Assembly (NCBI GenBank): GCA_963662665.2
Contig: CAXXJS010000027.1
Location: forward strand, 1 to 25,714
Direction: 5' to 3'
Origin: Candidatus Latescibacterota bacterium
Lineage (GTDB): Bacteria; Latescibacterota; UBA2968; GCA-2709665
DNA: 25,714 nucleotides
Below are positions 1 to 9,050 of the stretch, one piece after another. The notes under the pieces are model-generated. The model was not told where the DNA came from and did not search any database. It was given only the letters and a program-made list of their open reading frames with translations. A program made the position numbers and the translations under genes. Within the stretch, counting starts at the first letter, position 1, and every line of letters starts with the position of its first letter.

Positions 1-144
1 ATCCGGTCTGCGTCCGGCCATTGTGGCCGAATGACTGCGTTGCGCTCCCTCCCCGAATCCCCGATTCGACGCGGTCGCGCGCCTTGTCTTCGGCCACAAT
101 GACTCGGCCTCGCCTGCAGAGCGACTTTTTCAACGGACTGTTAG
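1..144. mobile_element. Partial MITE/REP-like structured element (left end outside the window)
   Basis: Inverted repeat CATTGTGGCCGAA (19-31) / TTCGGCCACAATG (89-101) encloses CTGCGTT (35-41), an inner hairpin CGAATC-CCC-GATTCG (54-68) and CGCCTTG (80-86). It ends in GACTTTTTCAACGGACTGTTAG (123-144), which resembles IS-type terminal inverted repeats. No transposase is present in the window. Confidence 0.6.
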
Positions 145-173
145 CCGTCCGACGTTGGTGGGCAAGCATCATC

Positions 174-208
174 GAGGCTGAATCCCGCAGGGGCGGCCTC
201 TGTTTTTT
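174..208 (+). terminator. Possible intrinsic terminator
   Basis: Stem GAGGCTG (174-180) / CGGCCTC (194-200) with an inner CCC-GCA-GGG, followed by TGTTTTTT. Confidence 0.4.
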
Positions 209-371
209 GTGTGATCCCCGCCGGTAACGGGCCAACGATGGCACCACACTACCGGGTGGAATTCGATCCACGCCTGGTAGTACTTGAGTCTGCGATCACG
301 CCGGATCGCCTGTGCGTGGAAGACGGGTCTCTTCCCGTCCGGTTGCATGCCACAATGAGGTACCGCATTTA

Positions 372-2370
372 ATGAGCCGGTACGACTTACAGAATACAGA
401 CCCGCGACCGGGAGCGTCGCAGGCGTCGGCCGCCGAAGGTCTGCGTGGAATTGTCATCGCGCTTTCGGTTGCCATGCTTGTATTTGCGTGCGTCGCGGCT
501 ACGTTTCTGGAATTCAGATCCCGCTCCGCACACATGGCCATGGCGAACCTGCCCCTGGCGGTGTTGCTGCCCTTCGTCGCCTGGCTTCTGGTAAACGCCC
601 TGCTGAAGCGGTTTGTTCCACGGCTGTCCCTTACTTCGGCAGAGCTGCGCCTGGCGCTGAGTATGCTCTGGGTGGGAGGATCATTTGCCGGTTACAACTG
701 GATTACGCAGTGGGTGGGCGCAATGGCGGCGCCCAGGTACTATGCGTCGCCCGAGAACCGGTGGCAGGAGTTGATTTTCGATTATCTGCCCTGGTGGATG
801 TTCCCTTCGGATTTTCCGGGCGTGACCGAGGGATTCTTCCTCGGGATCGAGAAAGGCGCCGGGGTGCCCTGGGGAGCATGGCTTGGACCCGTTTTCTGGG
901 CGATGTCCGCCGGCGCGGCGATGACGGCGATCGGGGTCGGCCTGACGGCGGTGTTCCAGAAGCAGTGGGTCCGGCACGAACGGCTCACCTATCCACTTGC
1001 GCAGGTGCCGATCGAACTGACCGAGGGCTTCGACCGGAAGCAGGGGTGGCCGCCGTTTGCCCGCCAGTGGCTGTTCTGGACGGGGTTTGCGATAGCAGCG
1101 GTTCCGTTGCTGTGGAATCTTATCGAGTATTGGTCTCCCGGGTTTCCCCGGCTGGCCATTTTCGACGCGTATTACGGTCCGACCGGGCCCAGAGGCGCAG
1201 AACTTTCGCGCTATCTGCAGCCGTTTTCCTACCGCATGTTACCCACCGTCCTGGGCTTTACGTTTCTGTGCGACCTGAATATCCTGTTCAGCATTTGGTC
1301 GCTGTGGCTCTCAGGGCAACTGGGCCTCTACGCAATGTCCCGGGTCGGTTTTTCCGTCGGCCTGGCAGGGCAGGAGGCCAAACCATCGGCAATTCTGGGC
1401 CTGTTCACCCACGGCGTCAGTATGGGTCTGGTGGTATGGACCCTGTGGGCCGCCCGTGGTCACCTGAAACGGGTCTTCAGGCAGGTAGTCCGGCCTCGCG
1501 ACGACGAAGAGGCGGAAACTGCCATTCTCCGTCCCCGGCTGGCTCTGATTTCGATTCTGGCCGGAGCCATCTATATGGTATTCTGGTTGAACAGGGCGGG
1601 CTATAGCGTTACAATCGGCCTGGCCTGGCTACTCCTGTTCTGGGCGAGTATCCTGGTGGTGATGAAGTTTCTGGCGGCGAGCGGGTTTGCGTATCTGTTT
1701 CCCGGTTTCGGCACTTCCATCCTGAATATGACCGTAGGCGCAAACCGCATGAATGAATCCACCCTGGTGGGACTTCGCCTCGTGAACTGGAGGCTCCTGG
1801 CGGGTTGGCGTCTGCCGGCGGCGCTACCTCACGTTGAACGCTTGCTCGGGCGGTCGGGTCGTACGGGTTGGGTGGTGGCCGGCAGCCTCACGGCCGGCAT
1901 GCTTGCGGCGATTATTTACACGGTTTCAATCTGTTACGAGGAGGGAGGCAGTTACGTTCCGTACGTGGTCTCTGGTGGGCGCGCCGCGTGGGATGTACGA
2001 GGGTATCGCAAAGGCGGTTGCCGACACGGACCCCGAAGTAACCGATCCGGGAAAGATCGGGGTATGGATTCTGGGTGGCCTGACCGCGGGCGCAATACAG
2101 TTGATGCAGAGCCGATTCTCCTGGTGGCCGTTCCATCCTCTGGGCGTCATGCTGATGTCGAGCGGGTACGTCCGGCTGTATGTGCTGGATATATTCCTGG
2201 TTTGGCTGGCCAAGTTGATGGTCCTCCGTTTTGGCGGCATCTCACTGTACCGGCGTGTAAAACCGGTCTGTTACGGATTGATTGTGGGGTACGTATTCGC
2301 TGTTGGATGTTCGTTTCTGGTGGATTTGATCTGGTTTCCCGAAGGCGGTCACTATATCCATGGATACTAA
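372..2370 (+). pseudogene. DUF6785/DUF6784-family polytopic membrane protein (putative transporter), interrupted by a +1 frameshift at about 1952-1953 (pseudogene or sequencing error)
   Basis: ATG at 372 with GAGG upstream. Many TM segments plus motifs YYASPENRW, QWVRHERLTYPLAQVP in the first frame and WWPFHPLG, LRFGGISLYRR in the second frame (ORF 1834-2370). Removing one T from GGC AGT T ACG TTC joins them into a 665-aa protein (...CYEEGGSTFRTWSL...). Confidence 0.75.
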
Positions 2371-3130
2371 CCAGCGCAACGTGGTCATTCACGTCCGTGG
2401 CGTGAGCAAGGTTTTTGAGAGCGATGCCGGACGGGTGGAGGCGCTGAGAAGCGTCAATCTGCAGGTTCCGCAAAGCGCTTTTGTGAGTGTGGTCGGGCCC
2501 TCCGGCTGCGGAAAGACCACCCTGATGCGCATCGTCGGTGACCTGGAGGCGCCCACGTCCGGTAGGGTTCGAGTGAACGGCAAGGCGCCGGCTGAGGCGA
2601 GACGCGCGAGGGAAATTGGCGTGGTCTTTCAGAGCCCCGCCCTGATGGGATGGCGCACGGTGGCGGAAAACGTGAGTCTGCCCGGTGAGATCTTCAACGA
2701 CAGTCAGGTAGTGGCGAAAACCGGGGAGATGATTCGTGCGGTGGGGCTCCAGGGATTCGAGCAGTCCTATCCGAGACAGCTATCGGGTGGTATGCAGTCA
2801 CGGGTGGCCATCGCCCGGGCGCTGACGTACCGCCCCGCCATATTGCTGATGGATGAACCCTTCGGCGCCCTGGACGAAATTACGAGGGAGCGAATGCAGC
2901 TTGAGTTGTTGCGGATATGGAGGGGCGCAAAGCCCGCTGTTCTGTTCATTACCCACAGCATCCCGGAGGCCATTCTGCTTTCGGATCGGGTCGTGGTGAT
3001 GTCGCCTCGCCCGGGCCGCCTGGTGGCCGACGTGGAAGTGGATTTTCCAAGACCCAGAACCGTTGAGTTGCTTGTCCGGTCCCGTTTCGTAGAGATGGTG
3101 GCGCACCTGCGGGCCTTGCTGGCAGGCTAG
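2360..3130 (+). CDS. ABC transporter ATP-binding protein, NitT/TauT/SsuB type
   Basis: Walker A GPSGCGKT, signature LSGGMQSR, Walker B LLMDEPFGALD, H-loop FITHS and C-terminal VVVMSPRPG. The start overlaps the 3' end of the upstream membrane gene by 11 nt. Confidence 0.95.
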   Translation: MDTNQRNVVIHVRGVSKVFESDAGRVEALRSVNLQVPQSAFVSVVGPSGCGKTTLMRIVGDLEAPTSGRVRVNGKAPAEARRAREIGVVFQSPALMGWRTVAENVSLPGEIFNDSQVVAKTGEMIRAVGLQGFEQSYPRQLSGGMQSRVAIARALTYRPAILLMDEPFGALDEITRERMQLELLRIWRGAKPAVLFITHSIPEAILLSDRVVVMSPRPGRLVADVEVDFPRPRTVELLVRSRFVEMVAHLRALLAG

Positions 3131-3202
3131 CTGCGCCGCGTTGCCACGTGTGGAACGGGTTGGCAATTATGCGATGCAGCGGGGAAAATCGAGCTGTCAC
3201 GA

Positions 3203-4174
3203 TCAGGGCATCGGCGGCAGCATGTCGACGACGAACAGCCGGTCCACTTCGACCTTGCGGTTGATCAGACCCAGTTCGAACAGAATGTCCTGCGTGTGTG
3301 ACCACCGCGCGGTGGTTTGCGCACCCAGCCCGAGGCGTTCGACGTCCGGGCTCATTAATATGGGGATGAGCTTTTCGAAATTGGCCCGATTGAAACCGAT
3401 ATCGCTCTCAGGGCGGTCCGCCATATATGCGGCAACGGCATCTTCCGGGTGATCGACGGCGTGACGCCAGCCTTTCATACTGGCCTGTACGAATCTGCGC
3501 ACGACCTCCGGGTTCTTGTTCAGATAGTCGGCATTGGCAATGATATTGGTGCTGTACAGGTCGATGCCGTATCGGGCGAATGATATGCGGGTTACCGCGC
3601 GACCCCGGAGCTCGACGGTTACCGGCTGGTCTTCGGTATATCCCAGCATGGCATCGACCTTTCCGGCAAGCAGGGGAGCAGGGCTGGATTCGGTCATTCC
3701 CATTACGCGCACACTGTCCTCATCGATGCCGACCTTCTTGAGAAAAGCCTGGAATTCCCGGTGTTTCGTGCCTCCGATATTTACGCCGACCCGTTTGCCG
3801 ATCAGATCTTGCGGTGTTCGGATGTTGTTCTCTTCCAACGCGTACACCACAACCGGCGAATGTTGGTTAATAACGGCGAGGGAGACCACGGGAATGTCGC
3901 GTGCACGCGCAATCAGGGTGGCCGAGCCGCTGGAAATCCCGATCTGATACTTGCCGCTTCCCACCAGACGCGCCGTGGTAGGTGCTCCCGTGCCTTCCAG
4001 AATTTCAACCGAAATCCCCTCGGCACGGTAATATCCTTTTGCTTTCGCCACAAAAAAGCCGGCGTGCTCCATCTGTGCTTTCCAGTCCAGAAGCAGCTGG
4101 ATCTGCTTTAATGTTTCCGGCGGTTTGCCGCATGCGGCCAGGAAAGCCACAAGCAGCCACATCATACGGTACAT
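3203..4174 (-). CDS. ABC transporter substrate-binding lipoprotein, NMT1/THI5-like (SsuA/TauA superfamily)
   Basis: Lipobox LAAC after a short hydrophobic leader; LDWKAQMEHAGFFVAKAKGYY, TPQDLIGKRVG and NPEVVRRFVQASMKGW motifs; GGAGG RBS upstream. Confidence 0.9.
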   Translation of the reverse strand: MYRMMWLLVAFLAACGKPPETLKQIQLLLDWKAQMEHAGFFVAKAKGYYRAEGISVEILEGTGAPTTARLVGSGKYQIGISSGSATLIARARDIPVVSLAVINQHSPVVVYALEENNIRTPQDLIGKRVGVNIGGTKHREFQAFLKKVGIDEDSVRVMGMTESSPAPLLAGKVDAMLGYTEDQPVTVELRGRAVTRISFARYGIDLYSTNIIANADYLNKNPEVVRRFVQASMKGWRHAVDHPEDAVAAYMADRPESDIGFNRANFEKLIPILMSPDVERLGLGAQTTARWSHTQDILFELGLINRKVEVDRLFVVDMLPPMP

Positions 4175-4216
4175 AAGGAACCTCCACGGAGTTGGTCTTT
4201 GGCGTTCAGTCCCCGC

Positions 4217-5008
4217 CTATCGCCTGACTGGTTCATGGAAATCACCCCAGCGTTTGAGCAGGAGCCTTTCCAGCCTTTCCACAATCAGGAAAAGGAGCGT
4301 GCCCATCGCGCCCAGCACAATCAGCGCGGCGAACATCAGATCCGTAGCCAGTTCGGAGTTTGCCAGCCGCGTGAGGTGCCCGAGGCCGGCGCTTGCGCCA
4401 ACGAATTCTCCAACAACCGCCCCGATAACACTCAGAGTGACACAGATTTTGAGTGCCGCGAAAAGATAGGGAATGGCGTGGGGAAGGCGTACCTTGAACA
4501 GAATCTGGCGCCTTCCAGCGGAGAGCGCGCGCATCAGATCCAGAATAAGCGGGTCCACGGCGAGCAGGCCGCGCGTCGTGTTGATAATGACGGGAAAAAA
4601 GGAAATGAGCGCGGCGATGATCACCTTGGGGAGCAGCCCGAGGCCGAACCACACGATGAAGAGGGGGGCGAGCGCTTCTTTCGGGAAGGTTTGAGACGAA
4701 ATGACGATGGGGTAGAGCATTCGCTCGATTACGGGAGAGCGAGCCATGATTACAGCGCCGGCGACACCCGTGCCGGCGCCGAGAAGAAAGCCCCAGAGCG
4801 CTTCCTGCAGGGTCACCCAGGCATGGGACAAGAGCGTATAGCGCGCCGAGATCAGTTTACCGAGGATTCGCGACGGCGCCGGCAGGATATAGTCCGCGAT
4901 GTCCCACGCATGCACCAGCAGTTCCCAAACGGCCAGCGCAAGGAATACGAAAACAAGGGAGAGGCCGTACTCCCGGGCGAGGACGCGTACCAGGTTAACC
5001 AGGATCAC
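4217..5008 (-). CDS. ABC transporter permease, NitT/TauT/SsuC type
   Basis: ILPAPSRI, LAPLFIVWFGLG, EAA-like LMRALSAGRRQILFKVRLP and IGAVVGEF motifs. The GTG start overlaps the TGA of the upstream gene (GTGA). Confidence 0.93.
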   Translation of the reverse strand: MILVNLVRVLAREYGLSLVFVFLALAVWELLVHAWDIADYILPAPSRILGKLISARYTLLSHAWVTLQEALWGFLLGAGTGVAGAVIMARSPVIERMLYPIVISSQTFPKEALAPLFIVWFGLGLLPKVIIAALISFFPVIINTTRGLLAVDPLILDLMRALSAGRRQILFKVRLPHAIPYLFAALKICVTLSVIGAVVGEFVGASAGLGHLTRLANSELATDLMFAALIVLGAMGTLLFLIVERLERLLLKRWGDFHEPVRR

Positions 5009-5382
5009 CGTTCAAACAGAATGATCTGGGCCTGAATTGAGCCGGCCTGGTTCTGGTATTCGGGATTTTCGTTCATTGCCATAAATAGGGGTCCTTCGTA
5101 GGGGGAAAAAAAGTCGAAATAGACCCCTGCAGCCAGGGGTGGGTTTTCCGAACCGACCCTGCAGACAAGGGCGCCGACGTTGGTGCCGGGCAGAAGATAG
5201 TCGTCTCCGGCCAACTGGCCTTCGACCCCGTTCGCGCTGCACCACACGATCGTGGCGGGACGCATTTCCGGCGACCAGATACCCTCTGCCGAGATGACGA
5301 GTCGCTGTTCTCTCTTTACCCTCAGATACATCTCTTGCCAGATCGCATTTGGCCTGATGGTCTTGTTGACAGTAAGCGGCAT
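5005..5382 (-). CDS. Small LecA/PA-IL-like lectin-fold protein
   Basis: 125 aa. VISAEGIWS, GALVCRVG and GPLFMAMNENPEYQNQAGSIQAQI align by eye with LecA TIVAAGWAS, GALVMKIG and [25 protein letters not shown]. Translationally coupled to the permease. Confidence 0.65.
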   Translation of the reverse strand: MPLTVNKTIRPNAIWQEMYLRVKREQRLVISAEGIWSPEMRPATIVWCSANGVEGQLAGDDYLLPGTNVGALVCRVGSENPPLAAGVYFDFFSPYEGPLFMAMNENPEYQNQAGSIQAQIILFER

Positions 5383-5435
5383 TGGTCGATTTACCCGAAC
5401 ATGGGAACGGAAACGAGGGTTCGACTGGCAGCTAC

Positions 5436-5464
5436 AAGATATGGCCTCACATCGCCAATGTCAA
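5436..5464 (-). promoter_or_regulatory. Sigma70-type promoter for the lectin-permease-SBP unit
   Basis: On the minus strand: TTGACA (5464-5459), 17-nt spacer, TATCTT (5441-5436), about 50 nt upstream of the ATG at 5382. Confidence 0.65.
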
Positions 5465-5629
5465 GGGGACTGCCAAAGGAAATGCCGCCCTCCGGTTGCA
5501 GGCTGCCAGGACCCCGTGGTTCCAACTTCGTATGCCGTAGACCGCGCAGGCATAACGTACACGTCCGGACCCTTGCCTGGACCGGTCGATCGTAACCCGG
5601 TTCGGTCCGGAATGGCGAAAGGTAGCGTA

Positions 5630-7384
5630 ATGGATTTTCATATGACCGTGGACTTCAGAGACGACTTTACGGCCAGCGCGACACCCTGGACCGCCGAACG
5701 ATTCCGGGAGTACATCCGTCTCCTGGCCGATATGGGTATGAAGGGCATTCACTGGATTGAGATGGGGGACAAAGAAATGGGAAAATGGGATAAGGGTTCC
5801 TCTACAGATCTCAGAGGTGGGGCCCGCCGGTTCGTGGAGGAAGTTCCCAGCCCACTGGCCTTTCTGTGCGAGGAGGCGCATCGTATCGGAATGAAGGTCT
5901 ATGCGGTTCACAAGATCAACGATATGGCCAGTTTCGGCCCGGGCCGGTTTTATCCTCTGGGAACAGCGCCCGACGTTCTGCCGGGCATTCCCCAGATCGG
6001 GGGCTCTGGCCAGATGGCATTCCGATGGCTTCGGCAACATCCGGAAAAGCGCGCGGAAATTCACCCCTCATTATTGGAAACCACCGGTATCAGGAAACCC
6101 GTGGGGACCATTCGTCTCTGGCACGAAACCGAACGCTTTGGAGCGGTTCCGGGAATCGAGTTATTTGTGAGTGAGACCAATGCGCGGTACGTGCCCTACG
6201 AAGGGAACCGAGATATCCGCGTTTCTGTGAAGAGGAGAAGGCCGCCCGTATTTGCCCCGGCCCCGGAAAGGCGTTTCGCAAAGGAGGGAGATTTCGCCTG
6301 CGTCGAGATTTCCGGTCTTGAGATATCACAACCGTTTTTTTGTATCCGCTTTACAGGTGAATTCGGTCTGACGAACACACTCGCGGCGCTCCTGGAAGTT
6401 CAGGACGTCAACGGTGAAACCGTGGTTTTCACATGGGGACTCTCCCCCAGGTCTGATTATTCGAGATCTCTCGGACCGTTTGAGGAGGCCGGCATCGGTT
6501 TTGACGCCAACTGGTTCATTCCCTTTGAAGACCGTCCCGAAGATCACGACTGGCGATATTCCACGGGAAGGTACCGGCTGAACGTGGATAAGGTGCCGTT
6601 CATAGGAATCGCCCGCGGAAGAAACCGGTTTCTGACGTCCGTGGTCGAACTCGGGTACCCGGATGTCAGACGCTGGCTGCTCGACGTTGTTCAGTATGAA
6701 CTCGACGCGGGTTGCGACGGGGTGGACATCCGGGTCGAGAGTCATACGCAGAATATGGATTTTGAGAATTACGGATTCGGAAAACCGGTTGTCGAAGCAT
6801 TTCGCGATCGATATGGCGTGGACATCACGCGTGAATCGTTCGATCGGGGCGCCTGGCGGGAGCTGCGCGGAGAATTTTTCGATCTGTTTCTGAAAGACGC
6901 ATCTGAACTGATCCGGTCTCACGGAAAGGAAACGTGGATACACCTGACGGCCTATCCAAGCATGGAGCGGGAGCCCCGGCAGCAGAGCCTGCATCAGATG
7001 TACTGGAACTGGCGTAAATGGCTGGCGGAAGGCTGGGTGGACGTCGTGAATTTCAAACGGTTTCAGGCGAGGGGTCTGTCACCTGGTCAGCAGGAGGAAA
7101 TCGACAGATTCTATGGAAGGGCGCTGGACGTCTGCAGGGAAATGGACCTTCGGATGGCCTACACCCCCAATCCGAGATACGAGGGTATGACCGAAGAGGA
7201 TTTCGCAGACATGGAAGTTCGGAACATCCATCGTATCGCCAGAGACGGTTTCGAAGTCTTCAATTTCTACGAGGGTTGCACCTACATTCGTCTGAACGAA
7301 AACGGCTTTAAAGTAGACGCCGGGAGATTGTGGAAAGAGGTACGTGAATGGAACCGCAAAGCCGGTCTTCCACCGGGTCCATAG
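5630..7384 (+). CDS. Glycoside hydrolase-like TIM-barrel protein (GHL10/DUF187-like)
   Basis: Start placed at ATG 5630 after AAAGG; the ORF extension to 5252 overlaps the divergent gene and its promoter. Motifs LCEEAHRIGMKVYA, ELGYPDVRRW, AGCDGVDIR, YGFGKPVVEAFRDRYG and WRKWLAEGWVD. Confidence 0.65.
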   Translation: MDFHMTVDFRDDFTASATPWTAERFREYIRLLADMGMKGIHWIEMGDKEMGKWDKGSSTDLRGGARRFVEEVPSPLAFLCEEAHRIGMKVYAVHKINDMASFGPGRFYPLGTAPDVLPGIPQIGGSGQMAFRWLRQHPEKRAEIHPSLLETTGIRKPVGTIRLWHETERFGAVPGIELFVSETNARYVPYEGNRDIRVSVKRRRPPVFAPAPERRFAKEGDFACVEISGLEISQPFFCIRFTGEFGLTNTLAALLEVQDVNGETVVFTWGLSPRSDYSRSLGPFEEAGIGFDANWFIPFEDRPEDHDWRYSTGRYRLNVDKVPFIGIARGRNRFLTSVVELGYPDVRRWLLDVVQYELDAGCDGVDIRVESHTQNMDFENYGFGKPVVEAFRDRYGVDITRESFDRGAWRELRGEFFDLFLKDASELIRSHGKETWIHLTAYPSMEREPRQQSLHQMYWNWRKWLAEGWVDVVNFKRFQARGLSPGQQEEIDRFYGRALDVCREMDLRMAYTPNPRYEGMTEEDFADMEVRNIHRIARDGFEVFNFYEGCTYIRLNENGFKVDAGRLWKEVREWNRKAGLPPGP

Positions 7385-7433
7385 CCACTCTTGACCGACA
7401 CTTTCGTCGTCGGCTTGAAACAGGGGAATCTGA

Positions 7434-8993
7434 GTGATGCCGAATCAAACTATCGACGTGGGATCCGGTAAGCAATTGTTCGTGGACTCGAAGTTCGTTG
7501 ACACCAGCAGAGGCGTGACCTTCGTGATGAATCCGCCCTATCAGGCCCACGAACCGGTACTGATGCCCGACCAGGCGTGGGAACAGCGGACCGGAGCGAG
7601 TTACGGGATCTACAGCAGCATTCTCAAGGACGTTGACGGCAGGATTCGCGCCTGGTACCACGTTCGCATCGGCGACTACCGGTCCGGCCGGGACGAAGCC
7701 CACGTCGCCTACGCCGAGTCTGCCGACGGCATCCATTTCACCAAGCCGGTCCTGAATCTGTTCGAGTCCGGCGGGACAACGGCGAATAACATCGTCATCC
7801 CGGGCGATATCGGAGGAAGTTCCGTCTGGATCGATCCTCACGCGGACCCTGATTCCCGCTACAGGAACCAGGCAAAAGTGTATTCGCCGCCCGAGGTATG
7901 GGGGCATCTGCATATGCACGGATCGCCTGACGGGATTCATTGGAAATTCTCGCGCGACATACGGCTCAGCCGCGGCGGGTGGGATACGCAAACCGTCGTG
8001 TTCTGGGATCCGGCAGTTGGGCGTTACGTCATGTATACCCGGCACTGGTTTGCCAGGCGGCACGGCACAGCCGGGGGCAACACAAACTACCGTACTGTGC
8101 GCCGGCTGGAGTCCGACGACTTGCATGAGTGGGGAAGCCAGCGAATCGTAATGTGGCCCGACGACGTGGATATGGGTACCTATGACACGCCTGCTTCCGT
8201 TCGCCCCGAGGGACCCGAACGTCCCTACGGCCGGGTGCCGGTGGACTACTACGGCGCCCTGGTCTTCAAATACCCTGACCCTGATGGTGTGTACGTCATG
8301 CTGGCCAACGCCAACTGGTATTGGTACGACCGCGAGCCGGTTGTCACCGTTGTACGCGACGATCTGGGCGTCCCGCGTGAAGAAACACGGAATATCTATG
8401 GACCCAGCCGTTTCGACGCCCGGCTTTCCGTCAGCCGGGACGGTATCAACTTTAAGCGATGCGGAGGCCGCAGGGCCTTTCTGAAGCCGGGTACGGAGGG
8501 AAGTTTCTCTTCCCGCATGGTATGGGCGATGCCAAGTCCCATACCGATGGGGGATGAGTTGTGGTTCTATTACAGCGGGATAAACAGGGATCACGACGGC
8601 ATTGTCGATCCAACGGCAGGAAGGCTTCTCAGCGGCATCGGCCGGTCCGTGATGCGGTTGGATGGATTCGTGTCCGCGGACGCCGGATACGGTGGCGGCG
8701 AACTGGTAACGCCGGTGATTCGATTCGAGGGGGCGAAACTGGAATTGAACCTGGATACCGCCGGCGGAGGCTCGGTGAAGGTGGAACTTCAGGACCATCA
8801 GGGCCGGCCGATAGCGAATTATGCCGAATCGGACGCCTCATTCTTGTGCGGTAACTCCGTAGGGATGCCCGTACGGTGGGGCGAGAAGACGGAGGTAGGC
8901 GAGTTGTCGGGCAGGCCGATCAAAATACGCTTTGTCATGCGCGACTGCAAGCTGTATGCGTTTCAGTTTAGGGCGTCGATGCGCTCAGAGTGA
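7434..8993 (+). CDS. Five-bladed beta-propeller glycoside hydrolase-like protein (GH32/GH43-like) with a C-terminal beta-sandwich
   Basis: QLFVD N-terminus; repeated Asp-box-like blades YAESADGIHFTKP, SPDGIHW, ESDDLHEW and SVSRDGINF; DELWFYYSG and MRLDGFVS motifs. Start is GTG 7434 or ATG 7437. No signal peptide. Confidence 0.75.
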   Translation: MMPNQTIDVGSGKQLFVDSKFVDTSRGVTFVMNPPYQAHEPVLMPDQAWEQRTGASYGIYSSILKDVDGRIRAWYHVRIGDYRSGRDEAHVAYAESADGIHFTKPVLNLFESGGTTANNIVIPGDIGGSSVWIDPHADPDSRYRNQAKVYSPPEVWGHLHMHGSPDGIHWKFSRDIRLSRGGWDTQTVVFWDPAVGRYVMYTRHWFARRHGTAGGNTNYRTVRRLESDDLHEWGSQRIVMWPDDVDMGTYDTPASVRPEGPERPYGRVPVDYYGALVFKYPDPDGVYVMLANANWYWYDREPVVTVVRDDLGVPREETRNIYGPSRFDARLSVSRDGINFKRCGGRRAFLKPGTEGSFSSRMVWAMPSPIPMGDELWFYYSGINRDHDGIVDPTAGRLLSGIGRSVMRLDGFVSADAGYGGGELVTPVIRFEGAKLELNLDTAGGGSVKVELQDHQGRPIANYAESDASFLCGNSVGMPVRWGEKTEVGELSGRPIKIRFVMRDCKLYAFQFRASMRSE

Positions 8994-9050
8994 CATCGCG
9001 GCCGATCTCCTGGCCATTTCGGCCTTGCGGTCGGCCAGGTACACCATCGA

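Noticed and set aside
1953-2405. C-terminal approximately 150 aa of the 697-aa ORF 312-2405
   Set aside because: Out-of-frame read-through after the frameshift. The family motifs continue in the other frame, and this tail overlaps the ATPase gene.
5252-5629. N-terminal extension of the 710-aa ORF
   Set aside because: Overlaps the divergent lectin-like gene and its promoter. A better start with an RBS is at 5630.
7308-8798. 496-aa antisense ORF, and similar ones at 12967-14283, 15437-16294, 4199-5035 and 488-1606
   Set aside because: Shadow or alternate-frame ORFs over well-supported genes, with no recognisable motifs.
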